A stretch of DNA of 63,990 nt, the filler included, from Octopus bimaculoides (taxonomy: Eukaryota), in assembly GCF_001194135.2 (NCBI RefSeq). It is 7 parts of 7 records of this genome, joined end to end, with 100 filler letters (N's around TTAATTAATTAA, not from the genome) between each part and the next. Parts side by side here need not be neighbours in the genome. Positions count along the whole stretch, not along the records: positions 46,686 to 52,812 come from NC_068986.1; positions 52,913 to 61,547 come from NC_069005.1; positions 61,648 to 62,728 come from NC_069000.1; positions 62,829 to 63,990 come from NC_069009.1; 3 more parts are not named here. One strand, 5' to 3'. The translations under genes were made by a program, and so were the position numbers. Below the pieces are notes generated by a model, which saw only the letters and a list, made by a program, of their open reading frames with translations, searched no databases and was not told the DNA's origin. Of the stretch, positions 52,749 through 63,990 are shown one piece after another. The first letter of the stretch is position 1. Each line of letters begins with the position of its first letter.

Positions 52749-53306
52749 CATATATATATGTCTCTGTGTGTGTCTTTGTGTTTGTGTTTGCCCCTCACCC
52801 CATCACTGCTTCNNNNNNNNNNNNNNNNNNNNNNNNNNNNNNNNNNNNNNNNNNNNTTAATTAATTAANNNNNNNNNNNNNNNNNNNNNNNNNNNNNNNN
52901 NNNNNNNNNNNNACAAAGAATCGAAGCAATTATTTAGCGTTATAAAAGACGGCATTTATGGGCAGGGGTATCTTATCATAACGGTACAGAAATAGCTCAG
53001 CTGGAATTTCAGAAGTTCAAGATAGCCATCTCCTAAGGGAATTTTCAATCTTCTGAGCTGTTTTGACAGCTTTATAATGCGTTCGAGATTTACTTTATTT
53101 TCTATTATATATATATATATATATATGATATAAAGTCAAAAAAGCAACAGGATATCAAGTAGTGATGCAGTACGACCGTCTCAAGTGGATTCATTTAAGT
53201 GAACTATGCAATGATTACATCAATTTAAATGCAGTGCCATCTTGAGCTGTACAAATAAATAAATAGAATTTTAACCAATAGGACAAATTAATATAATTTT
53301 TCTCAG

Positions 53307-53410
53307 ATATTTTAATAGACCAAGAAGGACGAATTCATGTTGTCGCTGTTGTAGCTAATAATAGACTACACTTCCAAGAATCGCATGAAGCCTATTGGTG
53401 TCATAGAGAT
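53307..53410 (+). CDS. Candidate internal exon of an unidentified host gene
   Basis: Acceptor aatttttctcag| and donor GAT|gtaagg enclose an open 104-nt frame (D)ILIDQEGRIHVVAVVANNRLHFQESHEAYWCHRD. No homology recognised. Confidence 0.4.
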
Positions 53411-53747
53411 GTAAGGGATTGTGATTAATTTCTAATTCATTTATCTCTTTATCAACTACTAAATCGAAGACTAGGAGACTGTGTCTATTTTGAATAAAGG
53501 ACAAGAGTGAGTTGACATCTCATGGCTAGGTATGGTCATAAACATTATCATATGTATCCCTTTTCCTCATGGAGGAAAGAAAACATTAGGAGTAGTCAAC
53601 TGGATATAAGCAACTGCCTATATATATATATATATNNNNNNNNNNACTCCATTTATTTAAGCAATGTGAGCATTACATTAAATGTAAAATGCAGAGCAAT
53701 CTTCAGCTGCACAAAGATACAGAAAATTTACTGAAATTTACTAAACA

Positions 53748-53802
53748 CACCAACATCGGTTGTCAAGTGACGGTAGATGACAAACACAGACACACAAACA
53801 CA

Positions 53803-53833
<31 letters not shown>

Positions 53834-54010
53834 GTAAACAAACGCACAGACACACACGCACAAACACACACACACATATAAATATATATATACGACCGTC
53901 TTCTTTCAGTTTCCCTCTACCAAATCCACTGACAAGGCTTTATTCGGCCCGAGGCTATAGTAGAAGACACTTGCGCAAGGTTCCACGCAGTAGGATTGAA
54001 CCCGGAACCA
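53748..54010 (-). mobile_element. SINE family B, head truncated at junction with CR1 remnant
   Basis: ggttgtcaag..acaaacacagac..(CA)n..ttctttcagtttcc..gaggctatagtagaagacacttg. Confidence 0.88.
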
Positions 54011-54545
54011 TCCCAAAGATCAATCACAAAAAAATAGATAGCATGACAAGCCTTGACTATTGAGATCGACTCAAAAAGCTCAGGCTTTACTCCCTCCAAC
54101 GCTGTCACTAGCACTATATCATCTGTATTATGTGGAAAATATTTAATCAACATTGCCCAAATGATATAGGTATCGACTTTAAAATTCATCCAAGGCTTGG
54201 CCCTTGTGCCATCCGTCCACTACAGAAATCATGTTCGTGTCGTATCACAACACTACGACAGAACTATTTCACCTCAACAGGCCCAGCTCTCTTCAACATC
54301 GTGCCAGCCAACATAAATGAAGAAAGTAACTTCACGGCATTCAAACGGTCCCTGGATGATTACCTCCAACCAATATCAGACAAGCCACCCACACCCGGAT
54401 GATATGACTCTGAAAAATAAAAAAAATAACTCTCTGCTCGAACGGGCTATGGTGCCCAAGAGCTGACTGTGTATCTCTTCCAGATGGTTTTATTAAATTA
54501 GACATGGCCTGAGCCAACTTCGGTCGAAACTTATCTTAGTAATTT
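54011..54545 (+). mobile_element. CR1-clade LINE 3' end
   Basis: IDSMTSLDY*DRLKKLRLYSLQR, IMWKIF, GPALFNIVPA and FKRSLDDYLQPISDKP. Confidence 0.8.
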
Positions 54546-54618
54546 CTAAGTATATGTAACTATACACACACACACACACACACATATATATGCATATATC
54601 TACATATATATATGTGTG

Positions 54619-54847
54619 TTATTTCTTTACTATCCACAAGGGGCTACACACAGAGGGGACAAACAAGGACAGACAAACGGATTAAGTCGATTATACCGAC
54701 CCCAGTGCGTAACTGGTACTTATTTAATCGACCCCGAAAGGATGAAAGGCAGAGTCGACCTCGGCGGAATTTGAACTCAGAACGTAGCGGTAGACGAAAT
54801 ACCACTAAGCATTTCGCCCGGCGTGCTAACGTTTCTGCCAGCTCGCC
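54619..54847 (-). mobile_element. SINE family A, same tail subfamily as the 25099 copy
   Basis: High similarity to the reverse complement of 25099-25337. Confidence 0.92.
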
Positions 54848-54850
54848 TAC

Positions 54851-54902
<52 letters not shown>

Positions 54903-55678
54903 GTGTATATTTATATATGTACATATGTATGTATGTATGTATATTAGTGTATATGTATATATGTATGTGTGTGTCCGCGTGTGTGTGTGCGTGTGTGTGA
55001 GTGTGTGTGTGTGTGAATGCATGTATGTATGTATTCAAATGCATATACATACAAACACACCTACGCATCGCCACTAAACATCATAGCACGCAACAATTAT
55101 GAGCATCCACAAAAAATACTATCTACACCACCGTCACTCTCACCATCACTCTCACCACCACCACCATTAATAACAACAACAACAGGAGCAACAACAACAA
55201 TAACAACATATTCACATAACGTATTCAAGACAATCAATTTATTTAATGACATCTAACTTTATTAGTTGGGGGTTAAATCAACCGTCGGCGTAAATCACGG
55301 AAGATTTCGTTATTATTTCTCCCAAGTTCAATGTCCTTCCTTGGCTATTAAACTCACACGTCCTCCGCATTGATTTCTTAAGTCTGTATATCGGTATCTT
55401 CGAGTAACTTCATGTAACTTCATGCATCTTTATGGTGGTCCTGCCTGTGTAGTCGGGTGGTGGTGGGGGGTAAAAAGATATAAAAAGATATACTACTCAA
55501 TTTATTTCCTCCCTTCTCTCTTTCTCTCCCTTTCAATATATATATGTGTGTGTGTGTGGTTGTATATTATGTAATATGTATATAAATATAGATGTATATA
55601 TATGCATTTATTTTTACTCATATATATATATATATATATGTCTATATATATATATATATATATATATGNNNNNNNNNN

Positions 55679-55722
<44 letters not shown>

Positions 55723-55930
55723 TATAAACATGTATATATATGTATATAGATATATACATATGTATATATATATGTATATATGTATATAGTTATATACATA
55801 TACAGATACATGTATATATATATATGTATGTGTATATACATATATATATACATATATATACATATACATATGTATATATATATATACATACATATATTTG
55901 TATACATATTTAGACACAATCACATAAATA

Positions 55931-56825
55931 TACTGTTCTGATCAATAAGTATCCGGACTGTTGCCATAGTAAGGAAGCTAAAACGCGCAGAGGGAAGTTG
56001 CTTGGAACAGATCGACCTGGAACTCTACTGTGTATGCACAATAAGTTTTCATGTTCTAGCTCACTTCCACTGTTTACAGCAGTGCTTGGAAGGAATGTGT
56101 GTAGCTTGCGATTGTCGCATTGGTCATGACAGAGAAAGTTGAGTAGAGAATCGGCATCAAATTTTGCCAAAAGCTTGGTAATAAATGCTCAGAGGCCTGC
56201 GCAAAGTTTTCAAAAAGTTTTCATCGTTCTCGACACAATGAGGGAGATCTTGTACAACTGAAACCCGAGTGTCTTTTTGGTCAGCTGAAAGCAGTTTTGG
56301 CACAAACTTGGCAGACACGCGTCTCATACCCAAATCTTCAATGATATTGGACTGAACTGAACCCTAATTAATCTGCGCTTCTTCTGATAACTCACGAATG
56401 GTGATTCGATGATTTCTCCTCACAGCTGCATGTACACCTGCGATGTTTTTCTCAGTTCTGCTGGTTGCAGGTCTCGCAGAACGTTCGTCAATATCGACAC
56501 ATTTTCGGCCGTCTTGGAAACGTTTGAATCACTCGTACACTTGTGTGTAGCTGATACACTCCTCTCCATACACTTTCTGCAACTTTACGCAGGCCTCTGA
56601 GCATGTATCACCATGACAACTTTCTCTGTCATGGTCAATGCGACGATCACACGCTACACACCTTCCTTCCAAGCACTGCTGTAAACAGCGAAAGTGAGCT
56701 AGGACGTTAAACCGTAGTGCACATATACAGTAGAGTTCAAGGTTAATCTTTGCCGAGCGGTTTTACTCTGCTTTAGGTTCATTACTATGGCAACAATCCG
56801 GATACTTATTGATCATACCGCGCAT
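55931..56825 (-). mobile_element. mariner-derived foldback made of two inverted 5' ends
   Basis: The left arm 55931-56208 is the reverse complement of the right arm 56577-56825 (tgatcaataagtatccgga.tgttgccatagtaa...). The interior encodes QKVYGEE..FKRFQDGR..ITIRELSEE..EDLGMRRVSAKFVPKLL on the minus strand. Confidence 0.85.
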
Positions 56826-56968
56826 GTGTGTGTGTGTGTGCGCGCGCAAGTGTATGTTAAGATAATTTTAACATGATATCTGAGACAGGGATCGAAGTAG
56901 GTGTCTTCTCCATTTCGGAATAGAATTTTTTATTTAGTCACGCACACACACACACGCGCGTGCACGAA

Positions 56969-57017
<49 letters not shown>

Positions 57018-57064
57018 ACACACACAAACAAACAACACAGGATTCATATATATGTATCCCTCTC

Positions 57065-57111
<47 letters not shown>

Positions 57112-57172
57112 CCGTATCAGTGTTCGTGTGTATATATATATATATATATATACAGAGAGAGAAAGAAATAGG

Positions 57173-57244
<72 letters not shown>

Positions 57245-57454
57245 CGTAAAGAAAAAAGTAGAGAAAATTAATTTGATTGTGACTTCAACTTGACTTTCAC
57301 AGGAAATTTGTCTTTAACCTCAATTTAGAGTTACACCCCACCACACCTTACTAAATGTTCCGTTGTTTTAAAATAATGACTTCAAGTATGTGGACTCGTA
57401 CATACATGCAGAGATACAGACAATAAGACAGAGAGACAGAAATAGAAATAGAGG

Positions 57455-57485
<31 letters not shown>

Positions 57486-57500
57486 TGTATGTATGTATGT

Positions 57501-57563
<63 letters not shown>

Positions 57564-57727
57564 TAGTGTATGTGTGTAAATATATGTATGTATATATCTA
57601 CATATACAGAAAAAGAATGTGTCTGTGTGTATTTGCGTGAGTGTGTGTGTGTGAGAGAGAGATACGGACAGACAGACAGACAGAGAGTGAGAGTTTCTGG
57701 TTTTATTTTTCGAATGTCTTAGAAATG

Positions 57728-58309
57728 GTTACTGGCATGTCAAAACATTAAACTAGCTAGTGTAATCAGTGAAAAACATTAAAACATTTGCGACCTTCCA
57801 ACCACGTATCTTTTCGGAGAGATACAGACACATTGCAGCCTCTCCAATGGCAACGCCAATAAAATTTCCCACGAATTTTTTTTTCTCCGTGGGATGTCCT
57901 TCCTTGCAAATGTTTTCCTCTTCACTGTTCTAAAATCTCTATATCGTTCTAGAATCGAATTCCTTCTGTTATGAAAATAAACAATTATAGAACACGTGGT
58001 GGTTACACTCCTTATGTGCATGCGCAGCATCTTTGGTTACTATGGAAACGGAGTTCTTTGCAATCAGATACGGAACACGTGGTTTTTCTTTGCTTTAGTT
58101 ACTATGGAAACAGAGTTTTTCGCCACGGTGATGTGTAAAATATGCGCTTCTGATTGGATAAAATACTCAAATTTTGCACATTTTAGGGGCTAATAATGTT
58201 TTAACCATGGATTTATAGGGAAAATGAATTTAATTTTCATAATTAGGATACAAAACTTAATCAATATACCAAATTTGAAAACAATTGGAACAAACTTGTA
58301 GCCAGTGAC
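57728..58309. mobile_element. Possible non-autonomous element with short TIRs (or a regulatory module)
   Basis: gttactggc ... gccagtgac with an internal cluster of TF-like motifs. No TSD seen. Confidence 0.35.
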
Positions 58310-58404
58310 GAAAACCACAAAGATCTTGCAGAAGGAATACCAAAAGCTGTCAAGTAACGGTTGACCTCAGCAGAGTCAACGACTGTTCAACTGATTAGAA
58401 CGAG

Positions 58405-58568
58405 CGGCCCCTATATATTACTGGGATGAGAATGAGAGTGAAATGACAGTGAGANNNNNNNNNNNNNNCCCCAGATATCACTGAGATGAGAATGAGATAT
58501 GAGTGAGAGGCCCCTAGATAGCACTGAGATGAGAGTGAGATGTGAGTGAGAGGCCCCTAGATATCACT
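58405..58568 (+). repeat. 43-bp minisatellite (about 3.5 units, spanning a small gap)
   Basis: The unit cccctagatatcactgagatgagaatgagatatgagtgagagg recurs at 58511 and 58554. Confidence 0.85.
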
Positions 58569-58899
58569 CTAGAAGAAACGTTCCGAAAGAACATTTGCCA
58601 TACTTGTTTCTGGACTACTTGGTTTTGTGCTGATACCCGATTTTGGATATAAGCATACAGGTTGTAAAAACAGACACAATGCGCTCATATACACCAAAGA
58701 ATCAAACAAATGCATACACCTACATAGAGACAGTGAATGCCGACGCAACTATGTCAGTAGTAAAATTATTACTTAGAAGAGCATTTAGATTCTCGCCCAC
58801 AAGTAAGGCACGAGAAGAAGAAATCTGTGTAGGATGTTTCTAAAAGTATTTAAAGCAGCAGCTTAAATGAAAATGTTTGCTTTAGTTGACTGTAGTTTG

Positions 58900-59240
58900 A
58901 TAAGATTTACAGAAGATATTTTTTCTTGTGCCTACACTTCAGTAGCAATTTTTTTTCCGTTAAACATCTCAATGTTATATAACACATAGATTCAGCGTAG
59001 CATTTCATTTTAGCTTTCTGAGAGGAGAGTGTTAGTATTGAAGATTCACTTACCGCCAGGCCCAAAGAGTACGAGGATGGTCAACCGGGATTTATTCTGT
59101 TTCTGTATGTTATGTAATATACTAGCTGAATGTATTCGATCTTTGAACGTATTTTCTGTTATGCTCATGTAGTTTTCTTCTATTAACCTATACGGAGTAC
59201 AGATAACTTGGCACAGAAGTGCAATGTGTTTGATAAGCAT
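58900..59240 (-). mobile_element. Penelope-like GIY-YIG remnant
   Basis: ENYMSITENTFKDR and LLLKCRHKKKYLL* resemble the PLE endonuclease and C-terminus. Confidence 0.55.
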
Positions 59241-59808
59241 TTATCACTGAGTGGACACTACATAGGGATAATGAAATTTTATGCAGATATATAACAGTGG
59301 TAGATTTGTCTTCACACGTATGTCTCTGGTTTTTCTATTTGTTCTAACTAATTAAATAGAGATGTTTTCTGTGCAGCTATAACTAACTTCCGCATTTTTT
59401 TGTTGATCAGGTAGCGATATTCATAGTTAACAAGGAAATTGTTAATACTACGGTTAGAAATTTTTTTTGTTCTCTCAGACGTAGGATTCACAATAAAAAC
59501 AATTTTCCATGTCCTGATATTATTAGTCTCCAGATTTTTTTATTATTTTATTTTGTATGTACTGCAATATATCTCTTCAAATCTATTATTTTTAACTTGG
59601 TGTACCATTGTAGCTTAATCAAACACACACACACATATATATGCATACATATATATATACAAATTCATACACATATCTATATGCATATATATATTACACG
59701 TGTACACATATATATAGATAAGTATGCATGTATGAATAAATATATATACACACACATATAATACATATACATATACGTATATGTAAAATATGGATTTAAA
59801 TGTATGTA

Positions 59809-59840
<32 letters not shown>

Positions 59841-61362
59841 ATACATATATATATATATATATATATANNNNNNNNNNNNNNNNNNNNNNNNNNNNNNNNN
59901 NNNNNNNNNNNNNNNNNNNNNNNNNNNNNNNNNNNNNNNNNNNNNNNNNNNNNNNNNNNNNNNNNNNNNNNNNNNNNNNNNNNNNNNNNNNNNNNNNNNN
60001 NNNNNNNNNNNNNNNNNNNNNNNNNNNNNNNNNNNNNNNNNNNNNNNNNNNNNNNNNNNNNNNNNNNNNNNNNNNNNNNNNNNNNNNNNNNNNNNNNNNN
60101 NNNNNNNNNNNNNNNNNNNNNNNNNNNNNATATATATTGAGACATTGAATATTCCCTTGCCAATCAGCGCGTACATTTGTAACGGTTTTTATGATTATCA
60201 ATCATCAATTGTCATAGTTTCAATTATTTTATAGCAGGTCGAGTTAGACTGACGTTCATTTTTCTATTGTCAAATCCACAGAGAGCGCAATATATTTCTG
60301 TAGGTGTGTTTCTAGGAGTTACATGTAATCCATTTGGAATATCTCTCATCGCATTGTAGTTTCACATATACAAAAGTCGTCAAATGGCAGACGATACTTA
60401 CCGGCACGATTTACATTTAGTATACTTGCATCATTGATAGTAGCCGTAGTGTCGTAGTAAATCTTTACCTGAATTGTATAACGCAAGTATGATTTTATTA
60501 ATTGAAAGGTAAAAAAACAGACGAAAACATCTCAACGGAAAGAACAACATACAAGTAATGTAATCATAAAATAAAGTACATCGTAAATTCCCCAAGTACC
60601 GTATAGCAGACATTTACTTATATTTTAAATGCTATACACTGGCAAACATATATGCTCATACATATAACAGCCTACAAATATCCTTAGTGGTCAGACCATA
60701 TGGGGTCTACATTTAGCGTATTAGGAGTCCATTTGTGGTAATTCCTCTTATATGTAGGTAGTATAATTTTCTGATTATTCAGAATGTTTTCGATATGCTA
60801 GGACACTGGCTTAAATTGATATTAATCTAATTAATATCAACTTTCTACCCTTATTATTTAAATTTAAATAACCATGATCTCTAATCGGCAGGCTTCGATG
60901 AGGAAAATTATTTTCTGCAGAGTCATTTCCGGCTTCGGCGCGCCAAAACGAAGATATTTGAAATAAACCCCCAAATATAATTGATAGAACTGTATGCATG
61001 TTGTCTCTCGGGAGGACGTCTCGTGTATACGTCTGCAAATTATATTTTCTATGACGGTCACACTGAAGATTTACAGACATTTACATAATGTAAATGGTAA
61101 CAATGAAATCTGGTATGTGACTAATTATTATATTTTCTATATTTTCATTTTTCTTGCCCGCTTTACGTTCTGGCGCTTTGCCGGATTTTCTTGAGAACAA
61201 TTTATTCTTAATGGTCAGACCATATGGGGTCTACATTTAGCATATTAGGAGTCGACCTACACCTAGTGGTAATTCCTCTTATGTGTATGTAAATATATAT
61301 ATATATATATGTACATATCTATATACATGTATATGTAGATATGCAGGGCAGGGAAACGTCAA

Positions 61363-61547
61363 TTAGTAATAAAATTAATAATTAACAATTTTGCCGGGTA
61401 GCTCAGTATAAAAAAACCTTTTTCGGTAAAAAACATTTATAATCATTCGATCCCTATATATTTATGATTATAAATGTTTTTTAGCGAAAAAGGTTTTTTC
61501 ATACTGAGCTACCCGGCAAAATTGTTAATTATTAATTTTATTACTAA
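61363..61547. repeat. Near-perfect hairpin (84-bp arms, 17-nt loop), probably the core of a hAT-like MITE
   Basis: Arms 61363-61446 and 61464-61547 differ at 2 positions. A cagggcaggg possible terminus lies at about 61344. The right end runs into the gap. Confidence 0.9.
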
Positions 61548-62357
61548 NNNNNNNNNNNNNNNNNNNNNNNNNNNNNNNNNNNNNNNNNNNNTTAATTAAT
61601 TAANNNNNNNNNNNNNNNNNNNNNNNNNNNNNNNNNNNNNNNNNNNNATACTTATCCATTTTCTTTTACTTTATTCAAAAATGTTATCGCTCCTTTTAAA
61701 ATTACGATTGAAGCGTTGCTGTCTCTGCAATATATGTTTAAGCAGCCTTCTTCAATTCTGTTTCAAAAGCCCAAGAATGAACCCAGCATGTTGTGCTGCT
61801 TGACTGGTCCCCTCTCTCTCTATATATATATATGCCTTTCTCTCGCCATGCCTCTGTCTATCTCACTCTCTCTAAATCAGTCTCTCTCTCTCTCTACTCC
61901 CCTCTATCGTAGTTTCCTTCAGGATTCAGGTTCCGGGTATATAAATAAGAAATCCCTTCTAAATTGTCCACAATCTATTCTCCGCTGGCATAGCTACGAC
62001 GAAGTCTCCAAGATTATGTTGCAGATAAGATAGAGATTTTTATTTATTTACGGCCTCAACATTTTTCTCAAACTTTTTGCGCTTTAGTCTGTTCTCCAGT
62101 ATCTATCTGTTTCTCGCCATGAAATTCAATTGAACTCAGTTTTTGTCTTAAATTCATACTTATTCATTTTCCTTACTTTATTCAAAATCTTATCGCTCCT
62201 TCCTTTAAAATTACGATCTAAGCTTAGCCATCTTTCCTTTGTACAAAGGCTTCCTAAATTCATGCTATTTATTTATTTATTCTATTTACTTAGGTTTCAT
62301 CGCTCTTTTAAAATTACGATTTAAGCATTGTTGTCTCTCAAATATTTAGAATCTACG

Positions 62358-62411
<54 letters not shown>

Positions 62412-62728
62412 GAGTGAGAGAGCAGTGCATGCCATTAAAGTGACACTGGGGTAAAATATACGAAGCCCAGTATACACATCATGACTACCCGTCTGATATG
62501 GGTACACCAGGCACATGCATCACAACCATGTCTGCGCGATATGGTGATCTCATATCAAGATAAACAGTGCACGACCTCGCAGGTCGGGTCCAATTAGAAT
62601 TTTCTTCAGGTCGAGTAGCCCATCCCACTCAAAAGGTCCCTGAATAAGGTTTGTTTAAGGATGTTGAGTAAAACACCCATGTTTCCAAAGGTGAATTATT
62701 CAAACCCCAAAGAATTCCTCCCCCACTA
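62358..62728 (-). mobile_element. LINE 3'UTR-like high-copy repeat (62412-62728) with (AAT)n tail (62358-62411)
   Basis: The minus strand ends ...gatggcatgcactgctctctcactc(aat)n. Recognised from memory as a common octopus repeat; clade unconfirmed. Confidence 0.6.
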
Positions 62729-63270
62729 NNNNNNNNNNNNNNNNNNNNNNNNNNNNNNNNNNNNNNNNNNNNTTAATTAATTAANNNNNNNNNNNNNNNN
62801 NNNNNNNNNNNNNNNNNNNNNNNNNNNNATATATATATATAATGGATAATAAAACGAATGGTTTACACCTTATCTTACTGGTAAAGCACGCTCACTTTCA
62901 CAGTGATCGTAGGGTATATGGCAAATAAAAGGCGGAAGATGGAATATACTAGAATTTATTATTAATCACGACAATTGTTTTGACACATGTAGCATTGATT
63001 CCTCTTGGGTGGGACATTCAACAACTGGTTCAGGAGCATCCACTGGTGCAGATGTATCTCGTCGGGTGATAAATAAACACAGCTCGTTAAAATGACTGTT
63101 CCGCAATGTAACTTCCTGTTTTGTAGATAGAAAAGCAGCCATACGGAGGAAATATCTTCAATTATATAGATCAAAAATAAAATCACGGATGGCAAAAAGA
63201 GAAACGAACACACAATCCAGGACATCACCAACGGTACAAATAACATGAAATACATAAACAAACGAGTTAA

Positions 63271-63813
63271 ATACGTAAACAACGAGAAAAGAAATGGAAA
63301 ACAAGACAAGTAAACGCAGAGAAAGTGCCTTTCATCTGTTGTCGACTGTCTATCTACTCCACATTTCGAGCATTCAACGACAATATGAGTCTTCAACGAC
63401 AGTTGCTCCCATAAATTCTAAAGTGAAATTTAGAATTTATGGAGGGTCAACGTTGGGAACAAAAATATGACATTGGAGACATACAAGGAAACCGAACGAA
63501 AACAAAAATGGTGGGTCGTTAGACCAGAACGAGAGGAAAATAGTGAACGTTGTGAGAAACATTTTCTTGAAAAGAGAAAAGATAGAAGAGCGGTTTCTTC
63601 GTATGTTTTCAGTGTCATGGTGTTGTTCCCAACTTTGACCCTCCATAAATCCTAAATTTTATTTTAGACTTTATGGGTGCAGCTGTCTTTGAAGACTCAT
63701 ATTGTCGTTGAATGCTCGAAATGTGGAGTAGATAGACAGCCGACAACAGGTGAAGGGTCCTTTTTCTGTGTTTACTTGTCTTGTTTCCCATTTTTTTCTC
63801 GTTGTTTACGTAT
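63271..63813. repeat. Long inverted repeat (arms about 63271-63494 and 63591-63813), foldback element
   Basis: The arms are reverse complements with scattered mismatches, separated by a spacer of about 96 bp. Confidence 0.9.
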
Positions 63814-63990
63814 ATATATATATATGTACATATGTGGAGATGAACCAGAAGAAGAGGGCCATGACGTCAATGTTCAAGGGACTGATCGGAAGAGGAAGCC
63901 CGAGAAGGGAAGTGCAGTGGGGGGCAGGACAGGGTCATTCTCTTTTGGCCGGCTGAGGCATGGCGAACGGACGTCAGGAAATTCGCTCTC

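Noticed and set aside
58405-58568. Regular repeats as a CRISPR array
   Set aside because: The units are contiguous with no unique spacers, the context is eukaryotic, and there are no cas genes.
1569-60201. Numerous ORF-track ORFs rich in CV, YI, HT, poly-T/S/V or X
   Set aside because: These are translations of microsatellites and N gaps.
63680-63740. Hammerhead-like layout ctgtc-t-TTGAAGA...GAAA...TA-gacag in the foldback arm
   Set aside because: C3 is absent and stems II and III do not pair canonically.

Overview
This is AT-rich, microsatellite-dense eukaryotic DNA from a gapped draft scaffold. The tRNA-derived SINE families look like those of Octopus (recognition from memory, not searched). 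No complete host gene, rRNA, functional tRNA or CRISPR array is supported, and most ORF-track calls are microsatellite or N-gap artefacts. The window is a transposon graveyard: five R4/Dong-like restriction-like-endonuclease (RLE) LINE fragments, all on the minus strand; four Penelope-like (PLE) remnants; RTE, CR1 and L1/Tx1 remnants; two decayed mariners; several MITEs or foldbacks; many SINEs; and two tRNA-derived pseudogene fragments. The best leads are (1) a 3.5 kb Neptune-type PLE with inverted pseudo-LTRs, each carrying a minimal hammerhead-like motif; (2) repeated tail-to-tail docking of Dong-like LINEs on (ATT)n tracts, including SINE tails; (3) a mariner derivative built from two 5' ends; (4) an inverted TTAGGG/TTTTAGGG array; and (5) a few orphan exon candidates. 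I cannot claim a wholly new biological system. TE boundaries are approximate unless a TSD or TIR is quoted.
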